Origin: Carpediemonas membranifera BICM
Taxonomy: Eukaryota > Protista > Fornicata
DNA: 64,000 nt
Assembly (NCBI GenBank): GCA_019828565.1
Contig: JAHDYR010000017.1
Coordinates: 124,001 to 188,000 of the forward strand
Direction: 5' to 3'
The notes beneath the pieces were generated by a model. It was not told where the DNA came from and did not search any database. It was given only the letters and a program-made list of their open reading frames with translations. This document shows positions 10,863 to 22,000 of the stretch, piece by piece. Numbering within the stretch: position 1 is the stretch's first letter; each line of letters starts with the position of its first letter. The translations under genes were made by a program, and so were the position numbers.

Positions 10863-12251
10863 CTATCCCGGTTTAATATACTGCTTTGCAGTCATCATCT
10901 CATCCTTTGGGAAAACAAACCTCACCGTATCCATACCAACATGCCACAACTCAAGAGTTGACTCCACCGAGCTATATATAGCCCTCATCATCGCATCACT
11001 GGGTCCAATCAAGAATCTCCGGAATATCTCTCTGACTGCAAAATCGCGATTAGCAAACAGAGCGAATCTGTTATCATATTCAATCCACTCGTTCAATGTC
11101 ATGTCGAGCTGCCCAGTGGCCAGGGCCATGACGCCCCAGTGACAAAGGGCCCGCCCGCTGACTGCCGGGAACACGTGAGTCTGCCTCAAATGCTCAATCA
11201 ATTGATTAAATAGATTACTGCTCATATCTGAAGATGCGATGACGTCAATCTGACGCAATAGCGCCTCCTTCGAATGAGTCGAGAGCTCAGCGGGGCAAGT
11301 GATGTCTCGAGTGACTGCCAGCACCTCGTCCCTCTGGAGTGGTGAGGCAAATGGGACAAAGCTGAGCGGAACCAAGCTCGACCCGGCGCTAAGGGCCAGT
11401 GGGATGCGGCTAGCGATGGACAGGGCGACGTCCCGGGCCTCATGAGGAGGGAGCTCTGGGATGACGTCGATCCAGGCCGTGTCGAGGTCGGTAAGATAAG
11501 AAGGGCCGCCATATGCTCCAATCAACGGCGTGAACGTGGCCTGGCATGGTGGGGGTTGCGGCAGCCTCACGGTGGGCTCCTCCAGCACGGGTTTGATCCC
11601 AATCAGCTCGGTCTGGGGGGCCAGGAAGGCCATGGCACGTGGAAGCATCGACAGCTGTCCGTCTATGGCAAACGCCTTGACTGCCCTCAGCCGGAGACAC
11701 AGCTCAGCCACCCTCGAGGCGGTGGAGGAGGCCGTCTTAGTCCGGGCGGGCAGGGTAACCGCGCCCACTCCCATGGCCCTTAGATGACGGGTCCACACGA
11801 GCGCCATAGCGCGTCTAAAGCAGTCTAGGGCAGCTGTGCCGAGGGGGAAGACTATGATCACGACAAGGGGGAGGGCCTGCCGGGTGGCGGCACGGAGGGC
11901 CACGGAAAGAAGACGAAGCGGAGGGACTTCATGCTTGGATATAATACACGCACAGACGTCTCGTGGCGTCGGTGTGACCGCAGTTATGGACGCTAGGCCA
12001 TTGGTGCAAGACTCGCCACGGCTGAGAGGCACATGACTGGTATCCGGCCGCAACGCTCGTCGGTGATGAACACATGCTGTTGGCTTTGGATGATTTGGTG
12101 GTTTCTTATCAATTTTCCTCATTACCCCGCCCGTGAAGGGATCAATAGACACTACCAGGTTGTCAACATCGAGAACTCCAGAGGTATTCGCGCAAACATC
12201 AGCAACATACTGTTCAATGCCCTCAATGAGAATGTCATGACCCAAAATCAT
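10863..12251 (-). CDS. hypothetical protein
   Basis: 462-aa ATG ORF, no recognisable motif; lies directly downstream of element 2. Confidence 0.55.
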   Translation of the reverse strand: MILGHDILIEGIEQYVADVCANTSGVLDVDNLVVSIDPFTGGVMRKIDKKPPNHPKPTACVHHRRALRPDTSHVPLSRGESCTNGLASITAVTPTPRDVCACIISKHEVPPLRLLSVALRAATRQALPLVVIIVFPLGTAALDCFRRAMALVWTRHLRAMGVGAVTLPARTKTASSTASRVAELCLRLRAVKAFAIDGQLSMLPRAMAFLAPQTELIGIKPVLEEPTVRLPQPPPCQATFTPLIGAYGGPSYLTDLDTAWIDVIPELPPHEARDVALSIASRIPLALSAGSSLVPLSFVPFASPLQRDEVLAVTRDITCPAELSTHSKEALLRQIDVIASSDMSSNLFNQLIEHLRQTHVFPAVSGRALCHWGVMALATGQLDMTLNEWIEYDNRFALFANRDFAVREIFRRFLIGPSDAMMRAIYSSVESTLELWHVGMDTVRFVFPKDEMMTAKQYIKPG

Positions 12252-12274
12252 GCTCTACAACTGCCGGCGCCGGC

Positions 12275-12418
12275 TGTGCTGCGCAGGATAAGAATACTTG
12301 AGTCCAAAACACACAGTGATCCGAGCAGCATCAGGATCGCAGTGTGGTTCATCATACTCTATCAATCGTGCGCTGCATATCACGCGCGCTGCAGCGCGTG
12401 CTTTCTCAACTTAGCAAG
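12275..12418 (-). ncRNA. candidate Fanzor omegaRNA scaffold (stop codon to right terminus)
   Basis: Non-coding 3' region with hairpins CACGCGC-tgca-GCGCGCGTG and CACAC..GATCC...GGATC..GTGTG, ending in the 41-bp terminal unit 12275-12315. Position matches known TnpB/Fanzor omegaRNA loci; expression is not shown. Confidence 0.5.
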
Positions 12419-14322
12419 TTAATGATAGCGAGGAAGAGCACCTCTCTGGGAGTCGTAGTGGAAAGGAGATTGCTCTATCTGATCTGAAGTTGCATCGAAG
12501 GTGCACCAAAGGATGTTCTCGCTGGCGCTCTTATCTCGGTGAGAGAGATTGAGAAGTATGTCTCTCTGCTCGGGATGCCGCCGTAGCCGTTCAACGCGCC
12601 ATGGAGCTCCCTCGCACGCGGGATTCTGGCAGAGCATGGTGCGGTGTGTGTGCACCACACGTCTGAAGTGTGCTTTGCGGTATGGGCACACGATGGAAGT
12701 GCGGAATTCCGAGACCATCGTGACACTCACGACGACGTTGTGCCAGAGCATGATGCCAGGAAGTGCTCGAGCAAAGTTGCGGTACGGAGCACAGGAGGGA
12801 GTGCCGGCGGAACAAAACAGTGCAGCCCCATACGCGACTTCGAGGTGAATGGGCTCCGGGGGGCGCCCGCCGAGATCATCCAGGAGTTGACGTCCAGCCC
12901 GGGCGAAGTGCTTCAGGCGCAGACAGTGATTGGCAAAAGTCGCACGGCGGAAACACTTTCTCGTCCCCTCGTTGATGATCTGAACGATGTTCTCATGGAC
13001 AAACCTAATCGACTGTTTGAGAGCCTCTAGACTTGTCGTTTTGAACGATGCTGCGCTCATATTCACGCGGAAAGAGGGGGTGGCAGTGTAGCCACACTTA
13101 GCGAGTACGCCAGATACACTCTGCCCGTCTGGGCGGCGGATCGTGTAGCCGCCCAGCGACCGAGCACCAGGGTCGAAGCCCATGAGAGCTTGAATGTCCG
13201 GGGCAGGAGTAGCCTCGGCGTCATCCTGACCGAGCCGAGCCCGCTTGTTATTGCTACCCTTTTTGTACGTGGGCCGGTCAGCCACCCGACCGCCACGGTA
13301 TTTCTCGCGACCCACCCAAACCGTCACAGCAACAGAGACCCCGTCAGTCTTCACAGAGAGCACTCTGCGGAGCTTGGTGATGTCGCCGTGATCACGCTCG
13401 TATTCAGCCACCTGCTCGTCGGTCAAATTCTTGGTTGCTGACCAATTCACGTGCACACGCAGGCGCCTCTTCATCGCTGGGGTGAGCGCTGTTACTCCGC
13501 GCTCGAGGGTCATGAACCCAGGCTTGACCGGTGCCATCGGCACGAACGGAACGAGCTTCGGCTCTGGCAGGGCCTGACTGAGCTCGAGGTTCACGGCACG
13601 AGTGAGTGTGACCAGCTTGGTCACTGCAGCACTCATGCGCGTGACGCACGACAGCACGCCGACGAGGGCCTCGGCCACGGTACCAGTGCGACCCACCCGT
13701 TGCCCCTCGGGCAATGCATGTATTTGAGGATGATACCTGCCATGATCGGCGGCTATGGCGGCAACCTCAGTGTCGAGCTCGCCTAGGGTGTCGAGAAAAT
13801 CCTGTCGAACACCCGGCTGATCATGGAGGAGCGGACGCACCCGTTCTAATCCAGCACGAAGACGGGTCAGGTACCCGGGTGACGCGCGTGAGAGCCAGAC
13901 CCGGGTGGATGTGGAGTACTCGCCCAACCAGGTGTCAAATTGCTTGCACAAGCCAATGTAGCTATAAGCCGTGACGAAGTCCTGGACGAGTGGGGTTATG
14001 TCAGGGTCCCTCCACATCGCCAGGTCGCCAATCCACCTGCACCGATCCGCTGCCTTTGCCTTCGACACCTTTTGCTGAGCAATGCTGACGATCTGCTTGA
14101 GGACCTCCTGGTCGAACAGGTTGACCGTCCTCGGTGGGGTCAACGCGTGCGCAGATGCAGAGACGCACGCAAGCAGGCAAGTGAATGTGTACTTAGCCTG
14201 CGTGAAAGAACGTCGGGTTCAAGATTTCCTCTTCCTCGCCGCGGCGCGTTGTTATCGCCACCTTTAATCTCGCCAATGGCCTTGTTAATGGAAGCCTTCG
14301 CGGTGAATATCTTGGAAGGCAT
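12419..14322 (-). CDS. Fanzor (Fanzor1-like) RNA-guided nuclease, ~634 aa with one frameshift near 14170-14220
   Basis: SVKTDGVSVAV, GFDPG (RuvC-I), VSEFRTS (RuvC-II), CPYR...CQNPAC, HRDKSASENI (RuvC-III). Main frame open 12419-14218. The upstream ATG ORF 14322 (MPSKIFTAKASINKAI) resembles Fanzor N-termini and needs one extra base to join. Confidence 0.88.
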
Positions 14323-14682
14323 CGGAGTCTATTGAGCTGCATGCATCGATCATTTCTTTTCGGGGTTCATCAGCTAGCAGCATCCCTCAAAACACAAGAA
14401 ACCAGCATCATACAACACAAAGCGTCTTTACTACTAGCTACAACCGCTTTCCACCACTAGTATCTCTCACAACAGACGAAGATGACGAAGACGACGACGA
14501 CATGAGCTTCAGACGCCTGCAATGGACGACAGATGAGCGCGTAACAGACGAGCACAGACGCGAAAGAAGACAGCAGCGTTCGACACAGACGATGGACGAC
14601 GCATCTTTTCGTGCAGATCGACGACTGAAAGCACGAAAGCCTGATGGTGCAGACGAGGGCTGAAGTGGGTGAGTGGAGGTAG

Positions 14683-14842
14683 TGTGCTGCGCAGGATTAG
14701 AATTGTTGAGTCTAAAGTTCTGGTGTACGACAGGTGGGCCGTCAGGCTGAACCTGTTCAGTCCTCTGGAGTTCATCCCAGGGGGGTCGACAGCCTAAGTC
14801 ACCTTTACATGAATCCTCCACATAAACCCTCTAAATACCACA
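14683..14842 (-). repeat. left terminal unit of element 2 with a 119-bp internal module
   Basis: TGTGGTATTTAG-[module ending TTTAG]-ACTCAACAATTCTAATCCTGCGCAGCACA. Removing 14712-14830 gives a 41-bp unit matching 12275-12315. 14683-14826 matches 33081-33220 with 2 substitutions and 4 nt of indel. Confidence 0.88.
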
Positions 14843-15080
14843 CCGGCGATGTCATAGACTGCACCGACTCAGTAAAGCGATGCGAGAGCGCCGCTGTGTC
14901 GTGGTGCTTACAATGCGCTTGTCTGCTCTGCCTTCAATTTAGCAGAGTGGTATGAGGATTCGAGTGCATGGCCGACGATGCCGATGGGACCCACAGAGCC
15001 AGGTCGATACGTTTATCGTTTCACTAGCTTCATAGTTCGCTATTAAGCTGTGATACATCCAACTATTGTTACAACCGGCC

Positions 15081-15827
15081 CTATCCGTTGCCGTTCATGG
15101 CGGCCAGTACGATCTGGACAGCACCCCATCTGAACTCATCCAGGGTCACCTCTACATCCTGCTGCACGGTGATGTGACCCTTGCCCTCCGTCTCTACCAT
15201 GGCATGGCGTCCTGTCCCCAGACACGCATCTATGATGTCCTGGAAGACCCCGGTCGACGGGAGAGACGCTTGGTCAGTTGACATGATGCCGGTGATCATC
15301 TCCTGGCACTTGTCAGTGATTTTCCTCGATATGAGGCCCGATCCGTTGTCAAATGTGCTATGGAGGAAGCTCATCCGGGCATCGAGCTCTGAGATGAAGT
15401 GAATGGCGTTGACCGTGAGGTTGAACAGGTCGAAAGACACCGCTTTGGTTGTAGGAACGTACAGCACCTCTGCAACAAGCGCGCTCCGCGGTAGGCTTGC
15501 GGTAAGTGCGACAATGACCCTGTTAAACTCAGCACCGTTGCTCGTGTTGATCGACTTGTACGCCTGGAAGACGTTGTACTGAAAGGGACGCCTATTGGGA
15601 CGCACCCGGTTGCACAGGTTCACACAGCACTGCACTGCACTTGGTGGGGCGGCCACATTGTCAAAATACTGGTGTAGGAACTCAATGGGGTTCTCGGGGC
15701 GATTCAAAAGAACACAATCGAGCGCATTCGTCAGAAGCGCTGAGGTGGTTAGTCCAGATTCGCTGTCGTCACGGCTTTCCGCGCTAACAACAGATGACGG
15801 CATTCTGATTGCATTTATGGCATACAT
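15081..15827 (-). CDS. tubulin polyglutamylase complex subunit 1-like (RIIa/DPY30-type N-terminus)
   Basis: GLTTSALL..AL..VLLNRPENPIEFLHQYF, F..NV..AY, VSFDLF. Confidence 0.6.
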   Translation of the reverse strand: MYAINAIRMPSSVVSAESRDDSESGLTTSALLTNALDCVLLNRPENPIEFLHQYFDNVAAPPSAVQCCVNLCNRVRPNRRPFQYNVFQAYKSINTSNGAEFNRVIVALTASLPRSALVAEVLYVPTTKAVSFDLFNLTVNAIHFISELDARMSFLHSTFDNGSGLISRKITDKCQEMITGIMSTDQASLPSTGVFQDIIDACLGTGRHAMVETEGKGHITVQQDVEVTLDEFRWGAVQIVLAAMNGNG

Positions 15828-16083
15828 AAACGTGTCGACAGTGGACTTGGTGGCAACCAGGCATCACTACACTGCTACTACACCTGATAATCGGCCATCG
15901 ATAGCACGACTGACCGCCGACCCCTCTGCTTGAATGATTTGCCCGTTTTCCCGCGCATCGAAAAAGTCAAAAAGCAAGGGCGAGCACAAGACGAGGATGC
16001 CGCTCTAGCCGCCAGCCACACATCCACAGGGCGCTGTCTCCACAATTTCGATCAAATTTTCGATCAGAACAACAACGCCGACA

Positions 16084-17589
16084 ATGTCGAGACTGAGGCA
16101 GATTAGCGTTAACAGCTCCTACATTCAGGTCCTAGAGGATAGAGAAACTGAAAACTTGCAGCTCAACGCGGAACTGGCCCAAACGAAGAATGCTGCAGAG
16201 ACTGCAACCGAAGAAGCCCAAAAGGTTCGCGATGCGTACCTTCAGCTTGCTGCCAAGTCCGAATCAGTCGACAATGAGCTCCATACGATTCAGCTATCCA
16301 CCAACGAGATGCGGAATCAGCTCGCCTCCGTCGAGCGGCAAGCACTTTCTCTCGAGAACACCACCACTGCCAAGCTCCGGGAGATGAGCCTGCAGAAGAA
16401 CACGGAGGAGACTAGCCGCAACGCCCGCATCGACGACCTTCGCATTCGCTCCGAACGCATCGAGGAGGAAGAGATTCCCGCTATTGAATCCGAGCTCGAG
16501 AGAGTCACCCTGGCCCGGAAGGAACTTTGGGCCGCGATCGAGAAGGACCGCGCCGCCCACCAGGCCAAGCTGCTCGAGCTGGCGGATGCTATTGCTGAGG
16601 CGGAGGCTCTCTCCACGTCCGACCACACTGCCCTTGCCCAGTCGCTAGGGAAGCTTGATGACTGCACAGAGCAGGCCACATCCAAGGAGGAGAAGCTCAA
16701 GGCGACTAAGACTGCGATTCTGGACAAGCTCTCTGAGCGCGTGAGAGACGATCTCACTGCCGCCGCGTCTTCCAACTCTTCCCTCATCAACACCCTCGTC
16801 GGCAAGGTTGAGATGCTCATGCAGGAGCTCCGATCGATCGAGGGCCGTCTTACGATGGACAGACAGCAAGGTGAGACTCTCATCAGGGCCCTGGATTCAA
16901 AGAGAGACGCCCTCGCACAGCGGCATATCCAGGCGGAGAACAAGGTCGCCGATGCCGAGGCAGCACTTCATGACGAGGAGGCCAAGCGCCAGACCCTCTT
17001 GGAGAAGATTGACGAAGTCAAGGCTGAGCTTCAAGAGACGAAGGCCGCTACAAGTGCACAGATGGAGGTGGCCGAGCGGAACCTCGCGGACCAGATCAAG
17101 TCGACCCGGAGAAAGACTGGGGACGTCAAGGAGCGCATCGATGACATCACCAGAGAGCTGTCTGCGGCCAGACAGGAGGTCAACCGCCTCGACGCGCGCT
17201 ACGCCAATATCCAGACCGAGATGGAGCGCCTCGAGGCCGGCCTTGAAAGTGACCGCACTGCTGCCGAGAGTAAGAGAGCTCAGATCAACCAGAGCATCGC
17301 CGACTTGACTCACCGGGTCGGGATGGCCACGCAGGAATCTGACAGACGCCGTATGGAAGCCGCGCAGGCTAACGTCGGCCTCGAACGTGTGAACCGGGCA
17401 ATCGCCCAGGCCAGAGAAACTGTCAAGGAGCTGCAGGAGGAGGTGATGCGGCCTGCTGATACGAGTGAGCTCCGCGGCTACCAGGGCCAGCTGTCTCACA
17501 TCACTCACCAGGTTGATGCAGTCAAAAGGGATCTGGCACAGGCCCAGCTGGAATTCCGCATGGCCAACGAGCAGCGTGGTCCTATTTAG
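16084..17589 (+). CDS. long coiled-coil protein
   Basis: 501 aa, E/A/L/K/R/Q-rich heptads. Confidence 0.8.
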   Translation: MSRLRQISVNSSYIQVLEDRETENLQLNAELAQTKNAAETATEEAQKVRDAYLQLAAKSESVDNELHTIQLSTNEMRNQLASVERQALSLENTTTAKLREMSLQKNTEETSRNARIDDLRIRSERIEEEEIPAIESELERVTLARKELWAAIEKDRAAHQAKLLELADAIAEAEALSTSDHTALAQSLGKLDDCTEQATSKEEKLKATKTAILDKLSERVRDDLTAAASSNSSLINTLVGKVEMLMQELRSIEGRLTMDRQQGETLIRALDSKRDALAQRHIQAENKVADAEAALHDEEAKRQTLLEKIDEVKAELQETKAATSAQMEVAERNLADQIKSTRRKTGDVKERIDDITRELSAARQEVNRLDARYANIQTEMERLEAGLESDRTAAESKRAQINQSIADLTHRVGMATQESDRRRMEAAQANVGLERVNRAIAQARETVKELQEEVMRPADTSELRGYQGQLSHITHQVDAVKRDLAQAQLEFRMANEQRGPI

Positions 17590-17648
17590 AAGACGTGTAA
17601 CTTTAAATGTGTATCTCACGCCCTGTTTTTATATTTATCACACCCAAG

Positions 17649-18941
17649 TCACATGATGTCATCACCATCCATGTCGACGTCGTCATCCACAGCCCGGGTC
17701 CGAACCATGGCGGGGGGTGCGGTCGCCGGGGCCGTCTGCACTGGCGCCTCCACCGGCCTCGTCGAGGCTGGGGTGGCCATGGTGTTCTTCTTGCCACGAC
17801 TCCGCCCGCCCCGGCCGCCGCGACCACGGCCCCTGCCGCGTCCCGTTTTCTTGGGCACCTTCTTGCTCTTGTACTCTGCATCAAACGTGGTTCCGTCCGC
17901 CTTCTTCGTGATTCCATGCAATCTCCAGTTCTGCAGCCGTGCGATCTCCATCCTTAGCGTGCTCTCCTTCTGTAGGCCTTCAAGCAGGTCAAAGTAAGTC
18001 TTGCCTGGCACCTCGTCGTCGAGACTATACCGGAAGAACGGCATCACCCTCTCAGGAGGCACCAGCATGTCCTTGGCTCCAGTGGCGAGTAGGTGCTGCA
18101 GTTTCCCGTGTTGTTCCTTGTAGACGAGGCCCCCGAGCTGGACTATCCGCTTCTTCTCCTCACGGATACGGAGACGCTCGTTGAATAGGTTGATGATGAC
18201 GATTTTGGTGTTGAGTGAAGCAAGGCTATCCTTGGTGACGTCAATGTTGATGTTAGCGATGCCTTCCTCAGCGTTGTCATCGTACTCAACGTTGAAGTCG
18301 CCGCGGAGAGGCCAGTAGCCCTGTACATACTCATGGGGCACTCTGGTCGGTCCCTTCTCCTTCTCACCGTCCTTCGGCTCAGGGGCCGGGGGTTGCTCAG
18401 GCAGCGGATCCGTGCTCGGCAGCTCACCAAGCGGGGGCTCAACAGGCAAGGCCACGGGAAGCTCCCCGAGGTCACGGTTGAAGAGGCCCTCGATGATCTC
18501 CTGGTCTTTCCCAGGCCCGAGTTGCTGTAGAGTGGCGATGGCCTCCTCATTGGCCAGCGGACCTCCGTGGTAGTAAAGGCGGAGATAGTGCTCGAAACAT
18601 TCTCGAACGGAGCGGCGGGGGTTGACGTGGGCTCGGATGAGCTCCCAGTTGCCGAGGCCGTTGAGCTCGAGTGCTTCGATCATGAAAAGTTCCTCGTCTG
18701 TCGTCCAGTCGTTCACAAACTTATCAGGGAAGCTCAAACGGGGATACATAGTATGCGAACACTTGTGACGCTGGACTTCGACGCCTGCAAGGTAGCAATT
18801 AATGCACAGCGAAAAGTCTGTGCAATCGCAGCACTGCATGCGGTATTCTTTGGGCCCATCGGAATCATTGTACAATTCTATATCGCAAAAGTCACAGGTT
18901 ACTGGCTGCGCTTCAATCTGGGGCGTTTCTGCGTCGGCCAT
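17649..18941 (-). CDS. ADA2: transcriptional adaptor 2 (SAGA subunit)
   Basis: ZZ Zn finger (CDFC..CCDC..LCINC..H), SANT (WTTDEEL...GLGNW), GYWPLRGDFNVEYDDNAE. Confidence 0.92.
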   Translation of the reverse strand: MADAETPQIEAQPVTCDFCDIELYNDSDGPKEYRMQCCDCTDFSLCINCYLAGVEVQRHKCSHTMYPRLSFPDKFVNDWTTDEELFMIEALELNGLGNWELIRAHVNPRRSVRECFEHYLRLYYHGGPLANEEAIATLQQLGPGKDQEIIEGLFNRDLGELPVALPVEPPLGELPSTDPLPEQPPAPEPKDGEKEKGPTRVPHEYVQGYWPLRGDFNVEYDDNAEEGIANINIDVTKDSLASLNTKIVIINLFNERLRIREEKKRIVQLGGLVYKEQHGKLQHLLATGAKDMLVPPERVMPFFRYSLDDEVPGKTYFDLLEGLQKESTLRMEIARLQNWRLHGITKKADGTTFDAEYKSKKVPKKTGRGRGRGRGGRGGRSRGKKNTMATPASTRPVEAPVQTAPATAPPAMVRTRAVDDDVDMDGDDIM

Positions 18942-19086
18942 TGTGTGTAGTGAGATAAATTGCACGACAGTATTTCAGCACCAGCGCAGCCCACTAGTTC
19001 TCACAGTGGCGCAGGCATCGAGGTAAAACATCGCTACTGACTCAATGCCTTCACAAGAGGCTCTTGGCTAAACTGCACGAAAAACG

Positions 19087-22000
19087 ATGAGCGACAACAC
19101 CTCCTCACAGAATGCCGCTCAGGAGCATCTGTGTTCATTAGTGGCACATGGTGCTACAATTATTGCAGAGATAACCTATTTGAAAGACCATATCCCTCGC
19201 GTTTTTCAGCTAGACACCAAAGCCCTTCAAAAGAAGTACGGACGGATTCTTCTCGACTTCCAATACTTCGAAGGTGATAAGAGCGATTACTACGAGTCCC
19301 TCATTCGTTCAGACCAGGACCTGATGGAGTTGGACGAGGGTTTAAGGCAGCATCTGCCAGTCCTTGACCGATTCTTCAAGGTATTCTCAGCTATCTGGCG
19401 CTACATATCCTCCTTCAACCGCACCATCACCCAGCTGGAGCAGGGTGTCTTTGTCCAGCAGACAATCCAGAGCGTCCTGGCAGACATGGACGGCCGGCAG
19501 CTGCTGGTCGAGGGAATCCACCAGTACGCAGTCATGCTCCTCCTTCTTGACCTGTACGTCCCCGGCCCTGTTCGCGAGAGGATGTTAGTAGCGTACAACC
19601 GCTTCAAGCCCACCGGTGTCGTTCGTCTTGGTGAAGTCTGTGACCTTGTCGGCCGCACTGAGTTCATCGCTGCTCCTGGCGCCACCACCACTGCCTGGCC
19701 GGCCAAGTACCCGACCAAATACTTCAAGCGGCTCCCCCCGTCTGCCTCGCTGGTTTCAGTACTGGTCGGCCAGTGCATCTCGGACGTCGTCCACGACTAC
19801 AGCTGGGCCTGGCCTGCCAGAGCGAACAGAGGCGATATGCTCAACAGACAGGGGTCCATACTGACCATGTTGCTGCTCTTCTGCCCTGAGGTGCTCCAGG
19901 AAGAGGCCGTGACGATGCGTGAGATTACTGACAAACACTTCCATGACCGATGGGTCATCGACATCCACCACGGCATCACCGTCGACCTCACTACACTGTG
20001 GGCCCCGTATAAGGCAGCCAAGGCGGCTGTGGGCATGACTATCAACCCCGGCTCGGTCTCTTCCATGGCGACTCAACGAGTCGGGCTCATGACAAAAACT
20101 CACGAGACACTGAAGAACTACTTAGCACACGGCGTTCTTCAGCCCGACTATGTTATGGACAACTGGGAGATGTTCATGGACGTTCTCAGAGATGCAAACA
20201 GCGTCGCCCGCTGGTTCATTGTGCACTTTAACACTGACAACAAGAAGTTCGCGGAACCACTTGCCCAAGGCACCGCAGTGGACGTGATGCTGCCCTTCCT
20301 CCTCGATTTATCCCAGTTCGAGTTTATACTTAAGACTATGTACACGGGTCTGCTCAGCGGCAAGGTCGAAAAGTGGGCAGGCCTCAAAGACGAGGGCCGG
20401 GCTCTCCTCGACAGCCTCGCACAGTACTACCGTGGCAGTGACGCGATGCATGGCGACAGATCTGACTCTTTGGCTCAGTGGTTCGAGGGCCTCAGCGCGA
20501 AGCTCGATCTCAACATCGAGGACGCCGTCAGCGCTGGCCGGAAGATCGCTAAGATGTCTGCAGCCGTCGATGATATCACACAGCACCACCAGGTGGAGGG
20601 GTCCTTGAGAGTGCGACAGTGTCTTGACGAGATCAAAGTGTGTCTGGGCAAGATGCTGCGGACAATCAACATCACTGACCGGTCGATGGCTTTGTTGACA
20701 GTTCTGACAGACTTCACTTACTCGTGGCATTTAATCGCTAGATTCACTCCCAAGATCCAAAATCTGATCCGATCGAACCCCAGTTTTATTGTCAGAATGA
20801 GGTCGCTCTTCTTGAAACAGACTTCTCTCATTGACTCGGCCACTGAGCGCCTCTCTGCCAGCCAGTCGTCTTCTCTCGAGCCAGTGGCCGCCTTCTACAG
20901 CGATGCCCTCCTCCACCACGTCCAGAACGTCCTCCAGGTTGTCCCAGTCAGTATGTTTAGGCTGCTCGAGGATGTTGTCGACATCGTCAGCAATGAACTG
21001 CCCGATATCGATCCGAAGGTTGCCAAGGCCGACCTCACCAAGTTCGCCGAGCTCAACGCCCGCGCCCGTCTCGTCAAGGCCACCCAGAACGTCTGCGTCT
21101 TCTCCCTCGGCGTCCTTGAGATGAAGACAACCCTTGTCGGCATCATCAAGGCAGACCCGAGGACCGTTCTAGACCACGGACTGCGACTCGAACTATCGGC
21201 CTCACTGCTCGACGTCCTTGGGTCCATATCATTCCCAGTCAAGGGGGTGACGCCAGAGTCTTTCATTGCCGCGCTGTCCCAGGCCTCTTCCAAGCTTGCC
21301 CACGTCTCACAGTCGCTGGAGTACATTCATGATTACATTGATTTATGTGGACCTGGTATGTGGCTCGACTCTGTCAGAGCAGTTCTGGCCACACAGACCA
21401 AGCACGACTCCGGGACCGCCCCCACTGGAGCAGATTTAGCTCTGCCGCCGGGCCCCACTTGGATTGCTAAGACAGTGGATGCTTTGACCTCGTTATGCAA
21501 GGCGGGTCGGTTCATTGAGCACCAGATGAGGGTGATCGCACCCACTGGGAAGCAGGTGATCGGTGTCTCGGAGCTATACGCCCTCTCCGCCGTTGTCGGC
21601 GTCCCCGGCCTGGTGTCGCTCGACGAGCACTGCGTCGACAGACAGACAACTGCTCTCTACTCGTTCACAAAGGCACTCGCCGCTAAGACGGAGAGCACAC
21701 TCGGGGCCACTCAGCTCGCGGAGACCATGAAGGCAGCCCCCCTCTGGTCAGCGGCGTGGACCTCAAACCCGGCATTCAAGGGCCTCGTCGCCGCCATGTT
21801 GCCTGTGCTTGAGGCGGTAGGGGAGCTCCACATCATCCGGAAGCTCCTCGGGCACCAGCGGGCAGTCCTCAGCGCCACGCGCGGATCAATATTGAGAGAT
21901 TCGATCGCCGTATCTGATATGGATGGTCTTACTGGGGCCATGACCGTTACCACGGGCGATGCCATGGCTGCCATCGATGTGACAGAGTCTATCGGTCTTC

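Larger units (their letters stand above)
12275..14842 (-). mobile_element. Fanzor-carrying element 2, TGT...ACA termini, 5-bp TSD CCGGC
   Basis: CCGGC at 12270-12274 and 14843-14847. Terminal units 12275-12308 and 14683-14716 are 30/34 identical and in direct orientation. Encloses the Fanzor ORF; no transposase. Confidence 0.9.

Noticed and set aside
14198-14261. Intron explaining the Fanzor N-terminal frame break (acceptor-like TTCACGCAG)
   Set aside because: No GT 28-29 nt upstream; the 64-nt alternative creates an immediate stop.
14712-14830. 119-bp module as 5S rRNA (Cassandra-like), tRNA or a known ribozyme
   Set aside because: I could not recognise 5S, A/B-box or hammerhead core motifs on either strand; an Rfam scan would settle it.
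242-14842. Canonical LTR retrotransposon or TRIM call for the Fanzor elements
   Set aside because: Repeats are only ~41 bp, left and right units differ, there is no TGG primer-binding site and no gag/pol. Kept only as a minor alternative.
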